From contig CM052816.1 of assembly GCA_028534125.1 (NCBI GenBank), positions 69,194,001 through 69,258,000 on the forward strand: a DNA stretch of 64,000 nucleotides. The letters run 5' to 3'. The DNA is from Lama glama. Lineage: Eukaryota. Both the position numbers and the translations under genes were made by a program. Each line of letters opens with the position of its first letter. Positions within the stretch are counted from its first letter, which is position 1. Shown one piece after another: positions 1-13,289 of this stretch. The notes beneath the pieces are model-generated. The model saw nothing but the letters and a program-made list of their open reading frames with translations, did no database searches and had not been told where the DNA came from.

Positions 1-127
1 AGGCTTGGGTTCTGAACAGCTAGGGTTCAAAACTCAGCTCTAACACGTATTAGCTGCACAAACTTAATGTGGAGTTTAATATCTCTGTGCCTCAGTTTCA
101 TCATTTGTGGAATGGACACAATGCTAG
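1..127 (+). mobile_element. MIR SINE fragment
   Basis: MIR core-like text gggttcaaaactcagctct...ctctgtgcctcagtttcatcatttgtggaatgg. Confidence 0.7.
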
Positions 128-370
128 TGTGGTAGACAGAATAATGGCCCCTAAAGACATCCATGCCCTAATCCCCAGAACCTGTGAATATGCTACCTTA
201 CCTGGAAAATAGAGTTCGTGTAATTAAGGTTATAGACCTCTTGGTGAGAGATTACCTAGATTATCTGTGTGAGCTCTATCAAATCACCAGCATCCCTAAA
301 ATCAAAGAACATTTCATACGGATGGTCAAAGAGAAAAATGCTATGACAGAACAAGGACTTGCTGGATAAT
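128..370 (+). mobile_element. MaLR LTR 5' part (MLT1D/E-like)
   Basis: Starts TGTGGTAGACAGAATAATGGCCCCTAAAGACATCCATGCCCTAATCCCCAGAACCTGTGAATATG, matching the recalled MLT1D 5' end; 3' boundary approximate. Confidence 0.7.
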
Positions 371-514
371 TGTAGAGGAAGACTTAAATATATCTGAAAA
401 TTGACTTCCTCTGATTAGAAGAGGTATGTGTCACCGAAAGTGCTAGATATCACCAAAAAGTGCTAAAGAAGTTCATGAACTTAAGAATTTTCTATTTGCC
501 TCTTTCTTTTAGAG

Positions 515-746
515 TAAAATAAAAAATATAAACATAATTTTAATAATATATTTTATTTAACCCAATGTAGTCAAAATATAATTTTAGCACATCAGTATAA
601 AAATTATTAATGAGATATATTACACTTCTTTTTACTAAGTCTTTGAAATTGATGAGTATTTTACACTTACAGGTCACCTCAACTTGGACTACCCACATTT
701 TACATGCTCAGTAATAGCCTAGTGGCTACTGTATGGAACAGTGCAG
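515..746. mobile_element. hAT-Charlie non-autonomous DNA transposon (MER33/MER3-like)
   Basis: taataatatattttatttaacccaa...ttttacacttacag...tagtggctactgtatggaacagtgcag resembles the MER33/MER3 body and terminal inverted repeat. Confidence 0.65.
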
Positions 747-899
747 CTTACAGAGCATAAAACAAAGGGCCTCTGGACTGAGGGACACTAGGCATAGTTG
801 AAAGCAAAGAAATTATACCAAAAAATGAGGCTTAGCTAGAAGCTTAAATCCTATATGTTGAAACTTGCTTTCCTATTGGACTGTCCCCACAGCCTTCTT

Positions 900-2940
900 T
901 CTTCCACTGGGCTTTCAAAACTCAGACAGCTAAGCTTACACCATTAAGGCAGTCCTTAAATATAAGCATTTAGCCAAGGATCAACAGACACTTGAGGAAA
1001 CTGTTCAATATGAAAAACAGAGAACAAACAATGTTGGGAGATAATTTTCTATGAGTCTTTCACATTTTTGCATGTTTTTGAAGCAGAGGCACTGTGCTTT
1101 TGCTCCAGGCTATCTTTTCAAAGATATTTATATGGCAAATAGTCTTGAAAGATACAGTGTCTCCCTCTGAGGCAAAGAGCAGGTTTGTTTGCTGCCCAAT
1201 ATAGTATCTTATACTGGAGCAAAAATCAGAAAGATTTACTGTGCTTTATAAAAGATTAGCATTCCCCAAGCTTGAGGTTCCTCTACTAAACACAACCTAC
1301 TATATGCAGGCATCACCCAGGCTTCTTTGTATTGCTCTGTGAGTAATTATGCTCAGGAAACTGATGTAAATGCTGACACCTTGGCTGTGGTATTTCTATG
1401 AGTAATAAAGTCCTTTGTGTCTGATCCAGGAGTGTCATGAATTCTGACAGCACCCATGCTACTGTGGCAGGCTGACTTGCTAGCTTGCAAGTGGGGTAAA
1501 ATCTTCGAATCTTCACAGTTCTTGACAAAGAACAAATAGGAAAATACAAAGGCAACTTGGAAAAAAATGGAAACTATAAAAAGTCAAGAAGATTTCTAAC
1601 TTTAATATCCTCTGAGTAAAAAGAAAAGTTATTATAGCCATAAAACAAGAAGAGGATGCTATAGAAATGGGATACTCATAGAATAAGAAATAGTTTGGGG
1701 GAGTTAAAACTGTGATGGTAGAAATGTGAAATTCATTATAAGAGGAAAACAGGAAAGAAAGATAAGAAAACTAAGGAATCCATCCAGAAGCTCCAACATC
1801 TCAATATTAAGAGTTATGAAAGAGAATGGAAAAAATTGAGGAAAAAATTAAGAACAAATAATAATTACAGTAAATTTGGACATGAGTTTATAAATTGAAA
1901 GGTCCACTGAATACAAAGTTCAGTGACCAAAAGCAGATCCACATACCAAAGCACATCATTCTTAAATTTCAGAACACTGGGGGGAGAAACAACAACAAAA
2001 AAGCTCATCAGTTTCCGGAAGAACAAAACCGTTCTCACATAAAGCATCAACTATTATAATTGCTTTATATCTCTAAATATCCTCAGTGGAAGTTAAAAGA
2101 CAATAGAAATTCCCTTTAAAATTGTGAGAGATCTCTTGTTCAACCAAACTGTCAATTTAGTGTAAAGGCAGAATAAAAATATTTTCAAATTTGTAAAGTC
2201 TCAAAAGAGAGCAGAAGGAATTTCTGGGCTTATGGTGAAGAGAGATTCTCAAGGTAACAATTACGTACTAGGGGTAAGAGAGCAACCAGGCCAGCACAGA
2301 ACGTGCCAGAATGTTCTATCTAGGAAATATGTCTTCAAGAAGTTGAAATTGATAAGATATCTAATATATTTGAAAATACTGAGAACATTTAAACTATTGG
2401 GGGAATATCTGAAGCTAAATTAATGATTATATATAAAGCTAAGCAAATGATAACACAAAACGATCACTAACTTCTAGGAAAACAAAAAAATAAATGTGCA
2501 AGACAGGAAAAATAAGAGTCTACAATCTGGTTCAGTGAGGAACAACAGTATTCACATAGTTGTAATTGTGTAGACACTAATTATTGATATATTCAACATT
2601 AGATATAACTATTTTAAGAGAATAAGGGGCTAGGAAGTGAGCTTCTGGGAGGTGTGGTGGTGCTGTGAAAAAAAAAGTTAAATCTTGATTTCTTTTTTTT
2701 TTTTTTCAGTTTAGTCCTTACAGAAAATGGAGAAGTAAAAATATAAGCATGTACAGAGATACAAAGGTAAATATGAAAAGAAAGTGTTAAAATTGTTGCA
2801 TGTGGTTGCTACTGGGGAGCTAGAATGGGCTAGGCATGGAAAAGGACTCTTGGTTTTGGTAATAAATCCTTTAGACTATTTAATATTACATGCATGTACA
2901 ACTTCCATAAAATAAATACTAAACAACAACAAAAACAAAA
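900..2940 (+). mobile_element. HAL1 (half-L1) ancient element, split by an LTR40 insertion
   Basis: A-rich decayed L1-ORF1-like text (aaatttcagaacactgggg, caaactgtcaatttagtgtaaaggcagaataaa) followed by HAL1-type ggtgaagagagattctcaagg...gagagcaaccagg; boundaries approximate. Confidence 0.65.
1032..1527 (+). mobile_element. ERVL solo LTR (LTR40a-like)
   Basis: Full TGTTGGGAGA...CAGTTCTTGACA element with AATAAA; flanks AACAA/AAGAA are a 5-bp TSD with one mismatch. Confidence 0.85.
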
Positions 2941-3348
2941 AGTAGATGCAATGTGATCTTGCATTGTGTTCTGGCCCCTCTCTGCCGATATGGCTGGTAG
3001 GCAGGTGGCATCAAAGGGGTGGTCACCCACAGGGGGTCTGGGGGATCCTACGGAAGCTTCCCCAACAAATTCTGGGCAGCAGCAGCAACCCACCATGAGC
3101 CCTTTGTTTCTCCGAGAAGCCTCCTCAAAGAGGCGCCGTGGCCATGAATAAAGCATTCAGGACATTCACCTTCCAGGAGGGTCCCACAAGGAAGGGGGCA
3201 GGGGGAAGAACACAAAGGACTTTGAGTAGAGGGAACAGCTCACTGGCAGAAACTGCCCTATGATTGACTCCCTATTACCCCAGATCCCAAGATCCTGAGA
3301 AAGAAAATGCCAATCTATTTTTCTTTTCCTTAACTGTTTATAGTCGGG

Positions 3349-3719
3349 TGCTATGGTCTGAATGTTTGTATCCCCCCAAATTTAACCCCCAAAGTGATGG
3401 TATTAGGAGGTGAAGCCACTGGGAGGTAATTAGGTCATGAGGACAGACCCCTCATAAATAGGATTAGTGCCCTTATAAAAGAAGCCTGAGAGCTCCCTTG
3501 CCCCTTCTGCCATGTGAGGTTACAGCAAAAACAAAACCAAAACCAAAACCAACCAACCAGCCAGCCATCTAGGAAGCCAGCTCTCACCAGACACCAAATC
3601 TGCCAGCACATTGATCTTGGATTTCTCAGCTTCCAGAACTGTGAGTAATGAATGTTTGTGGTTTATAAACCACCTAGTTTATGGTATTTTTGTTACAGCA
3701 GTCCAAATGGACTGACACA
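3349..3719 (+). mobile_element. MaLR solo LTR (MLT1A0-like)
   Basis: TGCTATGGTCTGAATGTTTGT...ccagaactgtgag...tgttacagcagtccaaatggactgacaCA; GGGTG on both sides. Confidence 0.88.
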
Positions 3720-4227
3720 GGGTGTTTACAATCAGGAATGAAAACAAAGTTATATTGGTATCATAATCTGTGTCATGGGATCTAGGGTTTGTTTCCCAGC
3801 ATGTAATCTGGTCATCATGGCTCCACCAACCAGAGGGCTAAGGGAAGTCCTACCAGATGCCTTGTCCTAGATCCAGATGTGGCTTCTGCTCACTGTCAGT
3901 TTACAATGAGTAAGGGAGGAAAGATGTGGACAAAGCATTACAAAGCAGGTTAGCTAAGTGCTCCTAGTAACACACACTACAGGAATTAAGGAGCAAAAGA
4001 CCTCATTTTTTCTTACATATTCAGAGAACCTAGTGGCTGAGGTGTACTTAGAGGTAAATGCAAGGTTTCCACAGGCAAAGATGGTGGGGAAAGAACATTC
4101 CTGCCAGAGCAAATAGCTGGAATAAAGATACTAGTATTTGGAAAGACAAAATTCAACTTGAGGGCCAACTGTGTGCCATTGTCAACATCAGCCTCCTAAA
4201 GACCAGTCTCCCCCTTCTGTAAATATA

Positions 4228-4323
4228 TCCAAGGTCACAGGTCAGTCTACAGCAGAGCCAAGATTCAAACCCAGGTCTGTCTGCTGCAAAATCTGTGCTT
4301 TCCCCACCATTCTGTGCTACCTC
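4228..4323 (-). mobile_element. MIR fragment
   Basis: ccaaggtcacag...gcagagccaagattcaaacccaggtctgtctg. Confidence 0.65.
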
Positions 4324-4359
4324 TTATGCAGACATAAGCAAGTGCAAGGCTATTCAGGA

Positions 4360-4822
4360 AATGAGTTCCCTCCAAGCCAGATAAAACTCAATTTCAGGTA
4401 GTTTATTTTGAGGTTAATCCCAGGAAACTTTGGTAAGGGAATGGGGAAATAAGACAGGGAAGGAAAAAGAACAAATGAAGAGTTTATTATTAAACAAGTT
4501 GCCACTGTAGGTAACTAGAGCTGAATCCTGTTGGGGAATTCTGGGATCCAGTGTATAACCTGCACCTTGGAGTTCTCTCCCCACAGGGTTAAGGAAGCTG
4601 GAGTAATTAGGTTTTCCAGCCATTAATTGAAGAATGCTGGGGGATGGTGAGGGGGCATTAATTCCCCAACACTTCCAACTTGCCATATAGGTGACAAAGT
4701 AAGCTCTGTAGACCACAGAAAACCCTCAGGCAAAGAAATGCAGGTGCTAGAAATTGGACAGATGTGTGCTTCACTGGTCAGGGTGAGGGGGCGTGGGGAA
4801 GGGACAGACGGTGGCTGCTACA
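4360..4822 (-). mobile_element. ERVL solo LTR (LTR16C-like)
   Basis: Reverse complement begins TGTAGCAGCCACCGTCTG and contains gcacctgcatttctttgcctgagggttttct and ctccagttacctacagtggcaacttg-like LTR16 motifs. Confidence 0.8.
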
Positions 4823-4837
4823 GAAGCACAGATGACA

Positions 4838-4930
4838 GGAAAGCTCCATGAAGGCAGGGAAGATGTCTGTTCTATCTACCACTGTTTATCCACTGCCTGG
4901 CACATAAAAGATGTTCAATAAATGTGTGTG
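4838..4930 (+). mobile_element. L2 3' terminus
   Basis: aagctccatgaaggcaggga...tgcctggcacataaaagatgttcaataaatg. Confidence 0.7.
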
Positions 4931-5439
4931 GGAGAAAGGAAGAGAGAGAGAAAGGGAAAATAGAGGAGAAATAGAAGTAGGCTATAACACTGCACATCTT
5001 AGTTGAACTCTTCCCCATAACTCCTTCAGAGAGAACAATTCTACCTGTGGGCATGCATGTAGGGGTCAGAGGTTATCGGACATAGAATACTCACCAGCAA
5101 TTGGAGAATGGTACACTTTCTCAATCCTGTGACTAGGGATGCCCACGCCTCTAGAGGTTCAGGTTGGCTCCAAAGGGGAGAGTATGCTGCTGTCAGCCAG
5201 GTAACTCTCACCACCTGGTCTGGGCGCCAGCTCTAATTTTCCAAGCATTAGACCCTGATGGACTTTCCACAGAAAGCACTTCTATTTGTTAGAAATGCAC
5301 TTCTCTTTCCAGAAAAGCACAAAATGGATACAGAAACTCCTTTATTAAATGAATTCTTAACCAGTATTTTTTCCCATCCCAAACCAACCCAAACAAATGA
5401 AAAGGTATTGAACTAGGGGTAATGTTAGCAACATGATTA

Positions 5440-5670
5440 ATGTGGTAAACTAATGATATTTGGGAATTGGATGCCCTGAGATTAGATTCCAGATCTGCTC
5501 CTTTCTAACTGTGTGACCGTAAACAAGTCACTTTATCTCTCCAAGCCTTAATTTTCACATTTGCAAAATACATAATAATATTTACCTCACAGGTTTGGTG
5601 TGAGGATTAAAAGCAAAAACATTGTAAAGCTCCTAAAAGTATCTTAGCACACAAATGCTTACATAACATT
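5440..5670 (+). mobile_element. MIR
   Basis: ctaactgtgtgaccgtaaacaagtcactttatctctccaagccttaatttt...gtgaggattaaa. Confidence 0.7.
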
Positions 5671-5708
5671 AGCCTTTAGTGTTAAAAGAATTATTAAAAA
5701 TCATAAGA

Positions 5709-5789
5709 TATTTCTTTGGGACACTAGTCTACCGTCTTCTTGGTCTGTTGGCTTTCTGAATAAAGTCACCATTCCTTTCTCTTCCCCTA
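5709..5789 (+). mobile_element. About 80-bp LTR-like 3' fragment inserted with a 13-bp TSD
   Basis: AAAAATCATAAGA is repeated at 5696-5708 and 5790-5802; the insert contains AATAAA at 5759-5764 in LTR R-like text. Confidence 0.7.
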
Positions 5790-5809
5790 AAAAATCATAA
5801 GAAAACTAT

Positions 5810-6690
5810 GAATACTCTGATAGGAAAAAAAATGAGCAAAGGAGAATGTAAGCAATTTGGGAAAGGATAGACCTTAGCCAAAATATCTGTGAAAGAAAGC
5901 TCAGCCTCACTAGTATTCAAAGATAAACAAATGAAACAACTTGCCCATTTTTCCCCTACTTGATTAGCTTAGATTAGAAGTATCTTGCTATAGTAAAATC
6001 CCATTGTAATGCCATAAGTGGGCCCCAAAAAACTAATCGTGTAAAATGCAAAGGTCACATCATGAGGGTAATGAAATGACTCCCGGGAACCTGCTGTAGA
6101 GAACCAACCCCAAATTGTCATGATTGCAGGATTTCAGTGACCCTGCTTTTGGGGAAGAGGCAGCTTCACATCTGCTGATGACACAAACAGACACATCTTT
6201 TCTGAGGGGAAACTGGCATTAAGGTTTCTTAACTCAGGACCAGTGATTCTACGTCTAGCAATTTAGTATTAAGAAGATCAAAGGTCACACCAAGATTCAT
6301 GATTAAGAATTTTGACCCCAGCACTATTTAATAGTTGAAAATTCAAATTAACCTAAGTGTCTAAAAGCAGGACTTCTTTTAAATGAATAACAACATATTT
6401 GTTAAATTGAATTCTGGGGAATTGTTTAAAACATATGTTTTTCATGAGTATTTAGTTGTACATGTAAATGTCATTAAATAAAATTAGGATACCATATATA
6501 CATATATATGCATATATTAATATAAAAGTATAGTCCCAATCTGTGTTTATGTGTCTAAATTTGTGTGTGGAAATGCTTAGCTTTAAGAGTGGGATTATTA
6601 AGATTTTTATATTCCTCCTTACACTTTTTTCTTATTTTCCAAGTTTTTTTTTTAATAAATTATATCACTTTGATAATCTGAAATAATTAA
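5810..6690 (+). mobile_element. Ancient L1M(E) 3' fragments
   Basis: Decayed ORF2-end and 3'UTR text (gctcagcctcactagtattcaaag, aacctaagtgtctaa, gagtgggattattaagattttt); boundaries approximate. Confidence 0.5.
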
Positions 6691-7199
6691 AATTGCTATG
6701 AAACAATCTCAAGAACAACAACAGAAGAGAAATACTTGGTCAGAACAGATGCGGGAATAAAGATGGTGTCCCTTCACTAGTAAGAAACCAGACACCCCAT
6801 TTCTCGAGAAGAGCTCATTTCTTTCTTCCAATAAATATCGATAGTGTTCTTCTAGCAGAGTGTCTCTTTCCCACTCCAGAGGGTCAGGAACTGTGTCTGT
6901 GACTACTATGTCCTCTACACTTAGCCCCATCATGTCCCACCTAGGGGACTCTGGGGAAGTTACTGAACTTCTGAGCCACGTTTCCTATCTGTGACCTGGT
7001 GGTTATGAGGCTCACCCAAGAAAATACAGAACTTACTTGGGCAGACTGTCTGGCCTACAGTAGACGTTTAACACATGGCCATTTCTTCTCTAATTGTACT
7101 CTTCACAGTGGCCCCTTGAAAGACTAAAAACATATAATAACAATCTGTGGTTGCACAGAACATTTTTGAAACTTATGTCTCAAACTTCCTGCAGTTTGT

Positions 7200-7660
7200 T
7201 TACTGGCAGTGGTGACTGGAAGAGTTAGCACCCAACAGCTGTTCCACCTCCTTCTGGAGAAGAGTTTTTCAGAGTTTGTTGATTATGTGGCATGACAAGA
7301 AATACGCTTGTCCTTGTGATCCAGTTCGTATCTATACCTACCTAACTAAAACAAAAGTTTTATGAAATAACACTTTACCTTTACTACATGTGATACATTC
7401 AGATAGCTTCTATTTTATTATACTCTATTTCTTTTTTAAAAAATGCTAATCAGCCCAGTAAACTGATTTCACCATCCATTAGTGGATGATGAGCCACACT
7501 TTGAAACTTTGGTGACAAATGTAAAAACAGAGAGGTGTACTTACAATGCAGATTCCTGGGCCTTAACCTCAGAGAGCTGGCATGGGGACAGGGAATCTGC
7601 ACTTTAACAAATTCTCCAAGAGATTCTGATACAGGCTGTTGGAGGCCCACACTCTGAGGA
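7200..7660. mobile_element. hAT-Charlie remnants (MER119/Charlie-like, then MER5A-like)
   Basis: aaactgatttcaccatccattagtgg...ctttgaaac terminus, then aatgcagattcctgggcc...gggaatctgcactttaacaa. Confidence 0.55.
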
Positions 7661-8095
7661 GCTCTGTTCTAGAACCTTGGTGTACTGTAGGCTCTGTAAA
7701 TCTAGCGTTTTCCCATTCCAGTTTAGGTTCAGCCTGAGGTACACACACAAAAGATAAAGATGGCAGGAGTCTGGTGGAGTCCTCACTTCTGGCCTTCCTG
7801 TTGGCAAGCTGGGTCATAAAGGCATTTGGTTTTTCTGCCTCTGCAAAAGGCAAAGATGGAATTTTGGTGCCAAAGGCATGGAGCACCCAAGTTGCTGGTA
7901 CTGATAATAGCAGGTGTGGCAGAATCCTGGCACCTGCCACTGTAGGGGCAGCTTCCTGATCAGGAAGGCTCCTCCAGGATATCACTGGCAGCAGTGGTGG
8001 TGTGGTTTGGGAGCCAGCATTTTCCCATTCTTAATGGTAGACAGATGCTCCTTTGGAAGCCTTGTTCTGGGGTATGGCATTGGGAGTCATTCTTT

Positions 8096-8839
8096 TTTTT
8101 TCTTTTTAAATTGAAGTACAGTTTATTTACAATGTTTTATTAGTTTCTGGTGTACAGCATAGTGATTCAGTTATACATATATGTATATATTCTTTGTCAT
8201 ATTCTTTTTTATTATAGGTTTTTATTATAGGCTGTGTATAGCACAGTAGGACCTTGTTGTTTATCTATTTTATGTATAGTAGTTTGTATCTGCTAATCCC
8301 AAATTCCTAATTTATCTTCCCCCCTCCTTTCCCCTTTGGTAACCATAGATTTGTTTTCTATGTCTAAGAGTCTATTTCTGTTTTGTAAATAAATTCATTT
8401 GTATTATTTTTTTTTAGATTTCACATATAAGTGATATCCTATGATATCTGACTTTCCCTGTCTGACTTAACTTCATTTAGTATGATAATCTCTAAGTCCA
8501 CCCATGTTGTTGCAAATGGCAAATTTTCATTCTTTTTTATTGCTGAGTAGTATTTCATTGTGTGTGTGTGTGTGTATATATATATATACACTACATCTTC
8601 TTTATCCAATCATCTGTCAGTGGATATTTAGGTTGCTTCCACATCTTGGCTATTGTAAATAGTGCTGCTGTGAATATTGGGGTGCGTGTATCTTTTTGAG
8701 TTAGAGTTTTCTCCAGAGATATGCCTAGGAGTGGGATTGCATATGGTAACTCTATTTTTTGTTTATTAAGGAATCTCCACACTGTTTTCCACAGTAGCTG
8801 TACCAATTTACATTCCCACCGACTGTGTAGGAGGGTTTG
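8096..8839 (-). mobile_element. 5'-truncated young L1 (ORF2 C-terminus and 3'UTR) with 14-bp TSD
   Basis: TSD GGGAGTCATTCTTT at 8082-8095 and 8840-8853; poly-T tail on the + strand; ORF 8591..8848 reads [22 protein letters not shown], typical of the L1 ORF2p C-terminus. Confidence 0.93.
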
Positions 8840-9999
8840 GGGAGTCATTCTTTAAAGGCACAACCTGAAGTTTGTTCTCTAACTTCCATTTTACACCTTG
8901 TGCTGAATTACTTCTTGCTTGAATTAGCTAGATTCTGTCCTCTGCAGCCAAGCCTGAAATGATATCTCAGCCACAAAGCAAATCAATCTAACTGTGTTAT
9001 AAACCTAACTCTTTTTTGACTCAAACTGGTCTCAGCTGCATGACTCTTTCGCAAGACTTGGTAACCATCAAAGAAAATAATAAAATAAACCTAAAAATCT
9101 ATCCTCAAAAGACAAATATTTCCTGCCATCAAGACTGCCCAGTAAAGGTTGCCACAAAGATCTTTTAGCAATGACAACATTGTTGGAACTGTTACATTGC
9201 CTCCAAAGGTGACCCTGTTAAAAGAAAAACACTCATTGGGATATTTGGCCAGTTTGTTAGGAAGTCAGAATACATTTATTAGGTAGCCATAGGAGGAAAC
9301 AGAGGTAAAATAGAGAAGTAATACAGAATATCTGTTTCCAAGGAACTCCCAGTCAGACAGCCAATCAAGCATCACACCAACCATGATAAGTGCTCTAATG
9401 GATTATGAACAAAGAGCAATTACTTAGCCTTGCTCTCCACACAGTGTCCAGGTGTTTCATTGCTCAAATGGCCTGAACTCACAGCCCCACTCCTAAAATG
9501 ACATTTAATGGGAACACTTAGTATCCATGTGTCCTCAATAGTAATAATATGATAATCCCAAGGGCAAAGGGCTTTTAGGGAGTTGGCAAGTCGAGATTAG
9601 AAGCTTTATACCAGGGACATGTGTTTAAGGGGGAGCCTGAGTACATGAAAACAATATTAAATCAACCTTATCTCTAAAAATAAGAGAAAAATCAAGTAAG
9701 TGAGGCCTTACAATTAAAATACCGATGTCGATTAACATAGTTCTTAGTGTGTGGATTTATGAGGTTGACGGTGGCAAACATGCCTACTCTATTTTTGCCT
9801 TGGGAATTGAATTATGGAAAAGGGGAAGATTAGTCCAAAGGCAAGTTGGTACCCTGGTACTGTAATAACACTGAAAAGGAGAAAAATGCCTTGCTGTCAA
9901 AAGGTTTGGTAAGAGAGCCCAGCAGAGACCAAGAGACTTGGCTATTACAACTCACTAGTTTTCTGAGCTCAGTAGAGAATAACACTGCTAGATATCCTT

Positions 10000-10550
10000 C
10001 ATTTCCCCCTCTAGATGCACTCTCCATCCTTCTCCATGCTGATCCATGTGCTTTACGGACTGCTCATAAACCGAGAGCCCGGGAGGAACACACGGCGGGA
10101 GGGGTGTCCAGATACACTATCCACCCTGCTCTGTTACTGGACGTTTATGGACCATATCAATAAGCTCCTTTAGTTCTCTGGCTTCTAGTTAGAGAGCCAA
10201 TGTGATGCCCTGGCAGAGAGACTGGAGGAAGAGAGTAAAGTAGGGTTGAGGCATTATTCCTCTGACTCCTCTGGGAGGGAGACCCTGTGCTCCTCCAGCT
10301 GAGGCCAAGCTCCTGTGGGGCAGACAGCCCTACTTCATAGCTACAGTGCTGTCTTCCAGGTCCAGTAACTGTACCTGCCCCTGACCTAGGGTGGTAAGTG
10401 CTCTCTGCTATTGCTAACTGTGGGGGTGCTTCACCATTCCTTGCTGTTTTCTTTTAAACCAGTACATCTTTTGTAAGTCATCCCTTCAGTAAACTCTCCT
10501 CAATTTTCCCCCTTTGACATGTCCCTTGTTTCCCATGGAGACCCTACCTG
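10000..10550 (+). mobile_element. ERVL LTR33-family remnant
   Basis: tccaccctgctctg...ctctggcttctagtt...cctagggtggtaag...cccttcagtaaactctcctcaatt. Confidence 0.65.
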
Positions 10551-13289
10551 GAAGGTTGTTCAGAGAAAAGAAAGTTTTCTCAGTGTTTAAACAGGGCCAA
10601 TGGGAAGTTAATTCATCTGCTCTTCAAACACCTCAGGTAGCTCAGCTTCATTCTGGAAAGGATCCTAGCAGAGATGGTCACCTCCCCAGTGTGCTTACTA
10701 AGGGTTGGAACCAGTTAGTGTGACATCAGTTTTAGATAAGAAAGTGGAGTAGACATTGCCCAATCTGCCAATTTGCTTAAGGATCAAAGGGGTAACACGG
10801 TCTTCTACTAACCTCTGAGAGCCTGGGGCTTCATGAATTAGACTGCTACCAGACTTCACATCTGCTACCCAGTGCAAAGTATGACAAAGGCTTTTCTTCT
10901 TTAGATTCTGCCTTTCCGCTAAAGTCACATCCCTATCCAGTTACTTAGAGCAATGCTACTCCAAGGAGTGTGGAACCACTGCTGGTATGCAAACTGATAA
11001 GGAACTTGCACTGAAATAAATCAGCTATGCTTAGCTGACTGACATTTTTTTTTTCCTGGTAGCAAGACCTTCCTGATGAAGGAAGCATGTGTTGATTTAT
11101 ATTCTCTCATAAGCTCTTTTTTTCATCACAGATAGGGAACAAACACTTCTCAGACTGATATTTGGGTACTTGGACTAGCACTGACTTACAGTACTGTGAG
11201 ACTGGGTCTGGGCAATCAACTAGGTCAGTGCTTCCCAAGTCGTACTCCATGGAATCCTAATCCTGTAAGACACCCTGTCCATTAAGATTGGGAAATTCTC
11301 AGGAATTCACAAAGTGCATGACCATGTTAACGACTCTGATAAGTCCTGGAATAAAATAATCGCTTTTGTTTATCATAGAATTTCCCATACTTGTTTGAAA
11401 TGACATGGTCATGTCATGGCTTAGTACCATTTGTGAAAATAGTTCTGTGTGAAACACCCTTCAGAAAATGCCTAACCATATGATCTCTAGAGTCTCTCGG
11501 GAAGATATTTATCTTCCTTAACTATCAATTAATCTCTAATACCTGAATAGTACTAAGTATTTTCATATGCATTTCCTCAATGAGTCTCATGGTTACACTG
11601 TGAGATGTTGGTCAGGAATTATAAGTCCCAATCTACACAGGAGTAATTGGGCAGGGGTAGGGATATCAGCAGATTACATGATTTGCTTAAGTTCAATGCA
11701 ACTTGTGAAAAGTGAAGCTAGAATCTGACACCCAGATCACCAAACTCCAAAATCTATATTCCTTATAAAAATGCAATGACTCCGAACTAGAAAGAATCTT
11801 AGAGAATAATATGTCTAACTAGGAAAATAATACTCTTATAAAGGAGCAATTCAGTGCTAATGCAGTCAGACCACTTGACATTTATAGTCTCTATCCCTGA
11901 GGCAAGGAAAGGGGGTATGGGGCTTAATGATACTTGGTTAAAGTGGTTAAATCATAGTCTGTGTATCCTTTCATGGTCAATTAAAAGAAGAAAGTGTGAT
12001 TACTTTTGCATTTTTAAAAAGGAGGCTTGAAAAATAATCTGATTATGATGTTCTCCATTCTCTGTGCTTGTTTCTAACCAGATTTTCATCTAATGATTTA
12101 TCCCTTCATTCAGTAAACTTTTCTTGAGTACCTATTTTGGGCCAGACAATGTGCTAGGAGCTTAGGAAATGTAATAACTATGACACATTTCTCATCCAAG
12201 CCAAATAAGAATCATCATTACCATCAGCAAATATGTACTGAGCATCTTGTGTAGAAGGCACTGGGACTGGGAGTTTCAGGGACCTATAACAAGGAATCAT
12301 GTAGCAGGGTCCCTGTCCTTCAAGGGTTCAGTCTCCTTGAGGAGACAGCCATGCACATAAAAGGCTAAGCAACATTAAGCAATGCTAAGTGCCAGCTGAG
12401 TGGTATGAAGGGTTAGTGCAACCAGCATTCCAGAGACAAGGAGATCACTCTTGGTCTGGGCAGGTGGGGAGGCTGTCACAGTGGCATAATTGTGGTCAAA
12501 GCTAATAATAACTGTACTATAAACCACAGCATTGCAAGGGAGACAGAGTAATTTCTTTGAGAGAATGAAATCTTTTTGGTTTAAATCGACCTCATGGAAA
12601 TAAATCTAGCACTTTAAGAGTTTCAGATTTCATTTATGTCATAAAGGTTCTTTTGAGGGGAACTAGCTCCCGAAATAAGGAACTCATGTCTCCAGACTGA
12701 AGTCATCTTGAATGGGAGAAATGAAAGTTCACAGTTCTTTTGAAAATTATTCAACATTAATTGTGTTTGGCACTTTTTAAATACGGAAAATTATCCTAAA
12801 CTGGATGGTTTAGATTCCATTGTTATCTGTGAGAGGCTTTTCTCATGTAATTACTATGTACTAGCTCTCTAATTATAGGGGAGACCTGAATTTTCTTCAT
12901 ATCACTGAAAATAACTGCCTCTCCTGTGTTGAAAAAAAAATGCTTGACTTCGTCTGTCTTTTCTCATCCCCAAATAACCTCTCAAAAGCTCATCCCACTT
13001 CAAGTAAATTGTGAAGAACTTAAAAATGAAAATGACATTGATGATGCAGGTATTTCTATAGCTTTATTTTTTAAAAGTCTGGGTATCACATCCTGTTAGT
13101 TCTAGAAAAATTATGATAATTTAATATGAAATCTTATATTTACATAGTTATGTTCTAGATGGAAAATCAGATCCATGCATAATGAGAGTTTATGATTTTA
13201 TTTAAGTTTTTTAGAACCATGAAACACTAATATATGACTCTGTTTGACGCAACTTCAACCGACAAAATAAGCTTGTTAGTTTGAGACAC

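Noticed and set aside
8591..8848. ORF with recognisable protein motif ([17 protein letters not shown])
   Set aside because: C-terminal remnant of L1 ORF2p in a 5'-truncated insertion, not a gene.
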